Source of the DNA: Ramazzottius varieornatus | Taxonomy: Eukaryota; Animalia; Tardigrada | Assembly: GCA_001949185.1 (NCBI GenBank) | Contig: BDGG01000004.1 | Span: 707,620 to 771,619, forward strand | Reading direction: 5' to 3' | Length of the DNA stretch: 64,000 nt | Notes under the pieces: generated by a model | Seen by the model: the letters and a program-made list of their open reading frames with translations, nothing else | What the model was told of the DNA's origin: nothing | Database searches by the model: none | Position numbers and translations under genes: made by a program | Shown here: positions 53,388-64,000 of the stretch, one piece after another | Position numbering within the stretch: the first letter of the stretch is position 1 | How the letters are laid out: each line of letters starts with the position of its first letter

Positions 53388-55481
53388 TTACGGATGAGGT
53401 TTCTTCCCGCTTGAAACCGGAGCGTTGTGCGCACTGCTTTCCTCCTTTCGCCGCTTGCCGCCACTTCCGCCACTGAGGTTCCGTATTTGAGGAAACGTCG
53501 GCATCAAGTCGGGACTACAGGCTGCCAACAGAAACCTCATGAAGAACGGTCTAGTCGGAATCGAATACCAAGAAACCGTACGAAATATCAAATGATTATG
53601 AAATCTCAGCTCATATACGGTGAAAATTTTGTTTGGTGCTGGAAACGTGTCAAAAGCTGAATTACCAACATACAAGTCACTCAACCACCATCTTTTTGAT
53701 ACGAAAGCCCAACGAGGTATCGACTTGGGCTCATGGACAGAAGACCTTTTGCACCAAGGCGAACCTCCACTTACGTAGCGGATGTTCCTTGAAGTAAGAG
53801 CTCTTCAAGGCTTCCCTAGCTGTCGACCTCTTGTCGGGATCGTAGGTGAACAGAGCGTTCAAAAGGTGCAATCCGGAAGGACTCAACCAGCGGAACGTAT
53901 GCTTGAGGTTGTTGTAAGGCTGCTCTCGACCAATATGGAAAGACTTGACACGGGGTAGGTCAGAAAACCCCGGCCATAGTGCTTCCGTCGGGTTGCCCAG
54001 TAGATCCACTATCAGGCTCAACTGAAACGGAAAGAAAGCTGAGTTATCACACGTCAGCATTTATGTGAAAATTTTTAGTTTTTGTCTGCCGTGTGCTACA
54101 TATTCAAAGCCGTGCCTGATGAATCTCCGTCTTTCCCGGAAGCAGCGGTTTGTACAGCAGAAGCTCACCGAAAATGCACCCAAGCGACCACATATCGACC
54201 GCGGTGGTTTGCTTCGGACTTTCCAAAAGAATCTCGGGCGAACGATACCTGTAACAATAGCGTCCGTAGCATTCAGACCGGTGAGTACAACTGCTATTCG
54301 TATTACTGTATCTTACGATGGCGGATGAGCCGGGACACGTCATTTGGAGCCACAACGGCCATGAAAGAATGCTGTACATTCTGTACTAGTACGCATTTTT
54401 CTGCGGTCTCTTCGAGACGTCAAGTTGTTCGAAGCTTGATATTATGGTATACTAACCATAAAGTGACTACTCCGGGCGTCATACTCGCTTCTTCGTGTTC
54501 GTTCTCCGTGGTGTCATCCCCTTTTCTTCTTTTGGTGTCGGGAGACCGAGACGGAAATTCAGCAAGAGGTCTGGCCAGCCCAAAATCCGCCACCTTCAGA
54601 CAACCTCTGTCCGTCAGCAGGAGGTTCGACACTTTGAGATCCCGATGAATGATGTAGTGGGAATGCATGTACTGGACACCCTGCAAGGTCTGCTGGAAGA
54701 CACACTTGATCTGCGATTCCGAGAAGAGTGGCGGTGCAGATCCAGATAGATGCTGGGAGGATTCGCCCGTCTGGCCGAACTTGTCTAGCAATGTGGCAAG
54801 ATCTTGTTCGCAATACTCCATCACGAGGAATATGTCATGGAGCCGATGTCGGCCTACCACCACTTCGTGAAGACGGACGATGTTCGGATGGCTTAACCGG
54901 AATAAGCACATAATTTCACGGAGACCACTGATGGGTATACCTGGAATGCAAAAATCTCAACAGAATTCTACAACGACATAGCACAGCATGTTGAATGTGT
55001 TGGCTGATCCGTCTATGCATGCTAACGGTGACGGCTACTAACCCGACTTCTCGGTCTCCATTCGCATCTTCTTCAACGCCACCACCTCTCCCGATTTGGT
55101 ATCGCGAGCTCTGTAGACCACTCCATAGGTTCCTTCGCCCACGCGATTCAGCTTCTCGAATTCAGATACGCATCGACATGCCCCCAGCTGTAACCGGAAA
55201 CCCCAACAAAGTAAGTGACGAACAGTGCAATCAACAATCAACGGAGAACACAATTAAGCAAGTCACAGCAATGTCGAACAAACGGATAACACATAACTGG
55301 CTGCTTATTCTTCACACATTCAACTCAGATGCTGGTTACTTACCGGTGCGGACTGAATCAGGCGACGAACGCTGCTTTTCGGAGCATCACTCGGAACTGG
55401 TGTTTTGAAGCCGGACACTTCAGTTATATTATCCGCGGAGTGGGCATCCTTCGTCGCTAGCGACGACTTCTCCTCGTCCAT
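53388..55481 (-). CDS. CDK10: Cyclin-dependent kinase 10
   Basis: [38 protein letters not shown] (PISSLRE-type helix), [59 protein letters not shown]. Confidence 0.93.
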
Positions 55482-58447
55482 CAGGTGAGCGGGTGAATTC
55501 TGGGAGATTCGGCGTTCCACACGGCTGACGACTACTTTCCCCGTAAACAGCCGTCATTCACTCGAAGCTTTCGGAGTATAAAGTTTGAGGACCACAGAAC
55601 CTGCTTCCAATTTCTAACCAAAAAGAAATTAGAAACTCAAAATTTTAGAATAATCGGAAATTACTTCAAAGAAATCCACTTACACCTTTCAGTGGAATAC
55701 AACTGCCCATATGAACCGGCGCGTCTTCCTTTGCCGCAGAGTGCGCCACTAAAGTTAGCCTGCACACAGAAAGATGTTTTACGAAAGATGCAGTACATTC
55801 ATCGGGAGCAGCTTCTGGTTCTTCTGAATCACCCTTCTGTATGGCGCCGTTGGGGTACTGAATGGGACGTAGACACGTAGGCAAAAGAATAGAACCGGAT
55901 CGTTTTTCCGAGTGGTGCACTTTTTCCGGCTTATAACAATGTCAGTATGCCCCAGTTGGGCTACCGAACTGGTTCAGTAGGTTTAACAGCCACCCGCGTC
56001 CCATGTCATAATATACATTGCACATCAAAGATCATCGGGTGATAAATTTCCTTCTGATTCTCGGTTTTCTGTCTTTCTGGCATCAAAAAGCTTTTGTCGA
56101 AGCCACCCGAACGAAAAGCATTTGTCTGCAGCCGGGAGGATGAAGAGTGCCGCCGCAGTGAAATTCGAGTGTGGGTTCCCAGCTTAGTGGGCTGCTGGAC
56201 AGGTGGCACCATGATCGAGAGAAGCGCCAGAACCATCGCATTGCCCGGAAGTCGGCTCCCACTTGAGGTCTTCGCTGGTGGTATTGATCGAAGATTATTG
56301 CTGCACGCGTCGTCAATCTATGAACGATATACCCTGGCGGCTGTTTAAGTTCGCGGTGCGTTACCAACGCGTTGGCGATATTTGCAGGGAGAAAGATTGG
56401 CAAAGTGGCAGGAGTTTGACAACAGGCAGCAGCCGGGATCGATTTTTGAGTTTTCACGGAAATGTCCATCATATACACCGCATGGCTCGTCCTTCCCCTA
56501 CTCCCAGCTGATTCCACAATGGGGCCACCGACAAAGCTCCCTTCTACTATTACAGACAGGACTCTAGTAAAGTAGTAACAAGTTGCCTGATGTTATTCAT
56601 CCTGTCAGTAGTTCTGGATTAATCTGAAATTCAGAGTACGCGTTTACCACACGTTTGAGTGATTCCCAATTGTCATTCTAAATTACCTCCTTGTAGCCTC
56701 TCGATAAGAGATGATTATTGTTATTTATTGATCCTCTTTACGTTTTCAGACTGGTGAGAACAGTCTAATGACGGTACGGCTGCCATTTGAACGGAGTTCA
56801 TCGTTCATGAATCAACCACGCTTATTGCGTTTTTCTGCGAGGAAGGGACAACTCAATCTCAGGACAAGCTGCTGCTGACTGTTTTTTTTTCAGAATACAA
56901 TCTCCAGCAAAGTATCCGTCACCACTCGAGCTTTGGAATCAACTAATCCGGACAAGTTCGTCTTACAAGTCCTGGCTGCTGTGCAGAACGGCAGTACAGA
57001 TGGATAACGTTCCGACAAGGAAATAAGGTAATTGAGAAACAAAATGGCTTGAGGTTCAGTTTAGCGATTATAACATTGTAAACTGGTGCACGAGTTGCAG
57101 CGGTACCGTGTCTCCTACCGAAGGGAAGACTTGCAAGTTGGGTTCTGAATATAGCTATAGCTAGAACCAAGCTACTACAGTGTACTATAGAGGGGAGTCG
57201 AATGGAGTGTTGCGGGAACGTGACGTCATCTGCAAATACGTCACAGTAGTTATAAATGTCAAGAATGCACTTTTTCAAACAGCGGCGCGGGAAATGAGAG
57301 GCGGCTATGATAACATATGGATGTTCCGTGGTGCTAGAGCTCCCTGCGTTCTTACTTGTCTGTGCAAATGGGAGCTGTATGGTACGACGAAACACGCTGG
57401 CTGGAAAAGGAAGATAAACGAATGATCTCAGGTCTGGCCAAGAAATCAGCATGCGACGATCTTCTATCTCTTTCTATGGAAGGATAATGAGGCGAACCGC
57501 GTTGTTTTCCCTATTTGTGCCGGCCGTAATTGACCGTGATCTGACACATGCTGACATCGACAACCGGCCATGTCGTCTCCCTTTTTTCGCTAAGAGGGAT
57601 ACTTGTACGGAAGTCACGTCAACGTACAATTAGAGAGTACTCGAATGTCGATATTGTTTTTTTATTCAGACACTTTGTGTCTGATAAGCCATCGGGGGAG
57701 ATGAATCGGCGTTTTGCATGAGAATGGCTAGTTTGCGCGCACGTCTATCGATGCACGTCTCGACGTCACGTAAATAAAGTTACTTGAAGGATGATAATTG
57801 TCAGCGACAGGATATGATGCCTGTTTTCCTTGGTGGCTCTCCCAGATGATTCGCTTAACTAGCGGCCGAATCACCACAAAGTGGCTCCTTTTTGCGAATT
57901 CCTGGCTCCGATTACTCGCGGCCATATCCGCTCGTCCTGTTCTTCCCGAGCGCGATTGTACAGGGGTCCTCAGTGCATGCAGCTGGCAATCTGATGAAAG
58001 TCATCACGGGCGGCTCGATAACTCGCCTTTGTTCAATCATGAAGTATTCGCCCCAACTCTTCCCATATACAGTACGACCATCCCCCAACCAGCATCCTGT
58101 AGTTGAACTATCTTTCCCATCCTCTGATGCGAGAGCTTGTCAAACGCATTTAGAAGTGTAAACCTTTGTATCCACCTCTCATGATTCTCATCGTCTAACA
58201 TGTTAACCACACACTGTGTTTGCTCACAGTCAGTCGCTCCAAACTTTCTCTGTCCTTTCAAGCTTTCCACGTCCTCCGCAGCATTGGCGGCGAACCTTAT
58301 CGCGGAAGGCTAGGTCAAACCTCGCTCCACGGTTTTCGATTGCAAAAATGGGAAAATCGTTCTGTTTGACTGGTGCAGTTTGCAAAGTTGGCTGTCAATA
58401 GTGACCCCAATTTCATCACTTCGCTGATATCCATTACCTAACCCGAT

Positions 58448-61227
58448 ATGTATCCCATTACAGCCTCCACGTCGTCCCCATCTTCGATCAATCTGCCAAA
58501 GAAGCCCGAAGTGGGTGCCTTACCGTTCAATCGGAAATCGAATCGCGGTTCGAAGAAGAGTCTACATCGCCCGAGAATGGATCAGGGCGATGGCGGCGGA
58601 AGCTCACCTGCCACTCGGCACACCCTCACCGTAACCCCTACCGGTTCTGGCTCGTCCTCGCCCTTAGGAGGTCGCGACATCTCTTCACGCAAAAGTAGCA
58701 CTTCCGGAGAAGATCTTCACAGTCAACTTCACGACTTTGCAGTCAGCAGCCTAACTTACCGGGACTTCTTTCCTAAAATGAGGGAAGAGGGTGGTACCTT
58801 CAGTAGCCCGACCTACGAGGAGTTTGGGACACTGGTCGAACGAGCTAATGAATGGCTGGTGAACCATAGAGAGTTCGACATACTGAACGTGGAGTGTGTG
58901 GAGATTTTGGCGGTACATAACAGCAAGACGGTGGACCCCAACAAGGCATCCTATTACGAAACGTCGAAGGACTACACGGAGTTCGTGCGAGGTTTCCGAA
59001 TGTGGCTGATACCGAGCAGTGCTTCGGAGCAGACGCGGTCAAGAGGACAACGAGGTGGCTACATACAGTACTTCGACGTGGTACCCGAATGTACACATGC
59101 CGGCATTGTGACGATTGAATACACGAAATTGAGTGGGCTCGTCGAAGCCCTCAACGACAAATTACGCCACAGTCCGATCAATGGAGATATCCTTACTGTA
59201 CAGACGCTCACCCTGCGATTTCATTCCAACGGTAAGAGCATATGTTTTAATTCTTTGGTCTGCTGGGCGAAATATAGGAAGATGGTACCCTCGAGTGCTC
59301 ACCTGAGTCGAAACCTCACCGAAAGCCCTTCCACAACACTTTCAAGTTCACCGACTTGGCTAATCATCAGGTCGAAATTCAGTTATTTTTCTTATGCACC
59401 ATCGACGGAAGAAGAAGAAATTTTGCGGTTCGTCCCCACGGTCCCATAGCTACTTATTGCGAAGGGAGTCTTCTTCGGATTACTGCATGTGGACTGATGT
59501 TTTCGAGCTGCCCAATAATCAATGTCAATATTAGATGAGGACATTAGGCGGCACCGATGTGAGCGATTGGGAGTGTTTGTTGGGCGAAGCCTATTTAACC
59601 AAATTTCTTTTGCTTCACAGAAGCCGTTGATTCCAACCGCACATGTTTTTCATTGCACGGGCACAAGCAAAAAATTCGCCTGTACTTCCTCCGCGTTTTC
59701 TACATCGATTTCGGTGATACCAGCAGTCGCAGCAAGCTGGAATGTCTCGAAGAAATTGGCTTGGCTGACTTTGTCCCGCAGATCCTTCGTCACAACACCA
59801 ACGCACGCCAAATGATCGAGCCTTTGTCCTCGACCGTCACGCGTGCTGGTGACTGGTTCATCCGCTACCAGGAAGACGGTCATCCGGGTCTGCGCATCGT
59901 CGCTCTGCAAACCGTGGTCCTTCACGTCAAAGACGCCAAGAACATTGACACGCAACTAACGTTTTACATGGCCGGGGGAGATGGGGAGCGTTATCAATAT
60001 GAGCTGCGTTTTGTCCGCTTGATTTACGCAAGACAAACGCGCCTCGATCAGGAACGACTGCCGGCGTTCCCTCGAGTCTTCATGAAGCTCTTCTGCCCCA
60101 GCCAGTCCTTGGGGAATCCCAGCGGCGGTCCACTATCGGACCCTCCTTCCCATTCGCAGGCCAAACGCCATGTCAAATTCGGGAATGTGCCTGACATGGT
60201 GGGAAGGATCCAAGAGTGGATTAGCGAGGAGCGACCGCCCATCATCGGCATTGAGACTCACGGTTACAGCACATATTTTGGTGATGAGATTATCATCACA
60301 GCTGAATCGCCCTATCTTTTCGATCAGGTACTCCTTTTCTGACTTTACCGCCAACCCTTAGCGCCAGTTACAGGTCTCAGTCGGTCCAACCCAATTCATA
60401 ACGGTACCTAATTTTGCCACATGAAAAACGAAGTGAACAAACGAACCCGGAAGTATAATTAGGTAGTATGCGCGATACATTCACTGTTCATAATATCACT
60501 GCGGTCGTTTATGTAACCGAAAGAGGTAATCGGTAATTCAGTTACGAAAAATAAAAAAGAAGTAAATACGGAAGTTGCACTTTCAGCGGGAATTCGATAG
60601 ACGAACGTTTAAACGAAACGACTGCATTCAGAAATGTCTATAACATGCTCGAACCACTTTTAAATCTGATCGTTTCGTTTAGACGTTCGTTCATCGAATT
60701 CCTCTGCTGAAAGTCCAACTCCCCTAATGTAAACAAACGCGGTATAATTCGAAGTTAATTTCCGTAATAAGAAAACGACGCACATTTTCCGTTTTGTTCA
60801 GGGTCACGAGGACAAGTTCTGGATACAGTCGATAAGAGTGTACTACGAAGGGGAGTACGTTGAGTCCTCGCACGAGTTGCCTTCACCGGGATCCCGCAAA
60901 GAGCGTCGAGGGAGCTCCCTGCACAGAAAACAGTCTGTGGAGCGGAAAGCTGCGGGCGTAAAAGGCCAGGGTCAAGCGAGCTGGCCACCACTGGCTCCCG
61001 GTTCCATTCTAGCTATGGATGCCACGAAGACCAGTCCGACGAAAGAGCAACTAGCAATTGGTGTGAAATTGGGCCTACCGGTGGACAGCTCCGGAAGAAA
61101 CCAACGACGAGCTAGCGTTCATGATCTCCCGCGAGACAACGACTTACCTGAAGATGAAACGTACGCTGGTTTCATGAAAGCTGAGAGAGCTAAACAGGCG
61201 CATGACAAAGACTGTGTAATTTGCTGA
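58448..61227 (+). CDS. Uncharacterised protein with ~4 internal repeats and a C-terminal CaaX box
   Basis: Phase-consistent exons 58448-59231, 59621-60327, 60802-61227. Repeat motif DF.P....(Y/F)E....V.RA..W.......(L/I)..(VE/LQ/IE)T.....(F/L)R..Y. Ends DKDCVIC*. Confidence 0.75.
60570..60723. repeat. Intronic inverted repeat with ~50 bp arms (MITE-like)
   Basis: ggaagttgcactttcagcgggaattcgatagacgaacgtttaaacgaaacg / cgtttcgtttagacgttcgttcatcgaattcctctgctgaaagtccaactccc. Confidence 0.8.
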
Positions 61228-61556
61228 GGTCTACTCGGTTTACTCTGCTTCATTAACCACAGCAACTTCCGGTTTTGAATTTCTAGGTTACTTCGAAGTG
61301 TAAAACGGTTAAGCTATGGGTATAAATTTTGTTGGAAAACAGTGAAACAGGAGCTGGTGGCCACGTCGGACCGGTCGAGATAAAACGTCAGGAAATCGGA
61401 GGAAGATGAGGTGCAGTAAAGCCAACGACAGAACACAATGGTGCCGAGCGAGCTGGAGTTCTTCAAATTTCAAAGAGTACTCAAGACAGTATTTTCATGT
61501 AGTGACAAGACGAGAAATTTGGAAAGGAGAATGCGAGTAGTACAAAGTGTTCGAGA

Positions 61557-62876
61557 TCATGTGTGGAAAAAGTGGAAGGCATCAGAGAATTCACATGATG
61601 GGGACTGGAAACCCGGAATCGGTTTTACTTTGTTCATGGTCACGAGGAGTCTTCCGAAGAACGCCAGGTTAACCGTCTGTAGTTTCTGCCCATTGCACGG
61701 TGCTTTCGTGGTCAGATGCAAGGTTTGGTAGCTGTCAGGAATAAGGCTCCCGTAGTTGCAACAGCTAGTATCGAGAAGTTTCTCATATGAAAAAACTGTC
61801 AAACTGAATACTGCAAAACAATTTGAATAACGTGTCTCATGCCACTGTTCCTCGGTCCGTTTAAGCGATTCCAGGGCGGTTCCTCCCAGACCATCCACAG
61901 TGTCCAAAAGCCACTGCAATTGTTCGTCAGGGTAAGGCCAGATGAGCTTCTTGACATTCAGTGTAGCTTTCATCCACTTGTAGGTCGCTTTTTCGGCGTC
62001 CCTATCCTTGGGATTGAGCAGACTGGGATTCATCTCCAGATGAGACACTGGCACTTGCACTGACCACTTGATGCCATAGTAATTTGGTTCATAAAGGCGC
62101 ATACCAAACACAGCATGCTCCCTGGGATCTAACTCCAATTTGACCATTTAGGGGAAGACAACTTTCAAGAAGCCATCCGATGGGGAAAGCCTGGGATAGT
62201 AAGACTCGAATCAACCGTACAATTGACAAGTTGCACAGGTGGCAGTGTCAGGTACCAGCCACCTGTACACTCAAGGACGTCCATACAGAACGTGACCTTC
62301 TTCAGTGATTTGGAAATGAAAAAAGGCTCTCCTCCGTACTTTCCATAACACTGCCAATGTTCTCTACTGATGGCTTTGAAGCATCGAAGGAACTTCCCGA
62401 CGAACACGAAATGGACGATTCTTTGTGGTGCTACCAGAAACAGTTTTCTGCACCAGTCTGGTCTGCTACGAAGCAAGATTCGTATGGCCTCCTTTGCAGC
62501 AACAGGTTGCTGAAGAACAGCCATGCCTTTGTTTCGAGTTGGACATCGCATCAGAAGTGACTTCCACAGGGGAGAAGTGGATCGCGTTGAGGTTTCTCAG
62601 ATCTGAGAAGAAAATGGTCATATGGTCGTACCTACACAGTCTGGAGGCATCTCGAAGGTCCGAAAAGCCAAACAGCTCTTCCAGAATCAGCAATGGAACC
62701 AGCTTGTACACTTCGTTCAAGTTGTACTCACTCTGGAAGTTTTCGTCGGTGTGGTCAAAGTCGATCTCGGCGGTCACCTCGCTAACTTTCCGGCTCTTCC
62801 CCGTCGTCGCGGATATCTCCTGCCTTCCGGCTTCCTGGAGCGACGAAAGGTCCTCGGATTCTGAAATATCTGTCAT
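61557..62876 (-). CDS. Uncharacterised protein, possibly F-box-like at the N-terminus; exon structure unresolved (may be a pseudogene)
   Basis: Three consecutive same-strand ORFs (62876-62466, ~62600-62165, 62147-61557) with protein-like composition. KLVPLLILEELFGFSDLRDASRLCR...SPLWKSLL resembles an F-box. I could not find clean splice junctions joining them. Confidence 0.4.
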
Positions 62877-64000
62877 TCCTTTGGGAATATCCTTCAGCTA
62901 CTGTAAGATAGAAACCACCTATGAAGCGTTACGTGAAACTTATCCCGAATCATGAAAGAATTCTTGAAAGCTACAGTCCGGAAATGTTTTGCGTAATGCG
63001 GACAGTGAATAGCCATCAGCCATCGTATGACATTATGACTAAGTCTTAACACCATTACATTAACGTTGCTCGAATTCAACACTGGTACACTCAAAACCGG
63101 TCACTGTACGTCATCTAACACTTTGCATCCGTGGCTTGATTGATGTGAGAGTCGTTTGTTTTCTAAATGCAGATAGGGCCGAAAGGCAGAACTCTATTGC
63201 GCTGTTTCTTTACGTCGTGGAGCGGAAATCGATCGACCAGTGGCCTTCTCCTATCTCAGTGTTGTTTTCTAAGCTTTCTTCTGCGTCTCCTCGCAAGCCT
63301 CAAGGATCTATCGTCCCTCAAGTCAGTCTGATTTCGAGATCTACTCCGTGGGACGGGAGCTTCAAGCAAGCAGTAGGAGCAGATCGGTTAGTGCTGACTC
63401 GTGTGTGTTGATTTATTATCACGTTTGTAATCAGCTAATGGTCTTTCTATAAAAAGGATTCGGAATTCTCTCACGCTGCGGATCTGTCATACGAAGGAAC
63501 GTCAGCTGGGGCAAAGAAGTCATCCTTACTCTCCGGCGTGAAAGATCCTTCCGCTCAACTCGTAGACCAAGTATGTAACTGTATATACTTGTCGAAGTAA
63601 ACCATGGCTATTTTCATACGATGTATTGAACGTCTGCATTGAAGAGATTCACTGGACTTCCGCTGCTGTTGAACCAAGGCACGAAGAAAAGAGGACAGGA
63701 GCTGGTCGATGTATGCCTGAATGGATAGCAGTCCTTCCACCGCCGTCTTCTTGCCAGGATGCCGCTGACTTAATCTCATCTCCATCGCACCGTACGTCGT
63801 CCTTGTAAAGCGTCAAAACCATCACTAACCGTTAACTCTCTGATAAATTTTAACACACACCTGCTGTCTCATACTTATATCTTCGTAGTTGCGTTTGCTG
63901 ATAAGGAGCTTACAGGAATACATTAATTGGCCATTCAAAGGTAAACATTTCAGATAAAAGCCATAAACGCGTAATCGACCATCATCTTTGTAAGTTGGTG

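Noticed and set aside
55666-58400. Several 60-170 aa ORFs between CDK10 and the CaaX-repeat gene
   Set aside because: No recognisable motifs or consistent exon chains; probably promoter, UTR or intronic sequence.

Overview
Compact, intron-rich animal genomic DNA with mostly 50-300 nt GT-AG introns. It is probably a tardigrade (inferred from an AMNP/g12777-like gene). About 13 protein-coding genes, left to right: PDZ-GEF/RAPGEF2-6 (minus, 17.2 kb to <1, with a decayed hAT-like relic in a ~9.8 kb intron); a peptide-type GPCR; a secreted SUEL-lectin-like protein; a trypsin-like protease; an anoctamin; an AMNP-like C2-fold protein; a secreted LysM protein; a GPI-type GH18 chitinase-like protein lacking the catalytic Glu; a receptor tyrosine kinase; a 6xCBM14 peritrophin-like protein; a neuropeptide GPCR; CDK10; a repeat protein with a CaaX box; and a fragmentary F-box-like locus. 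Several MITE-like families sit in introns and intergenic DNA. The most striking region is 35.7-47.7 kb. The RTK has an intact kinase but a single-exon ectodomain made of a degenerate GH16-like domain plus a microbial-looking domain with a lost HExxH motif. It is transcribed head-to-head with the dead GH18 gene and flanked by the LysM and CBM14 genes. This is a candidate glycan (chitin/beta-glucan) perception module built from disarmed enzymes. Family calls come from motif recognition only; no database searches were run.
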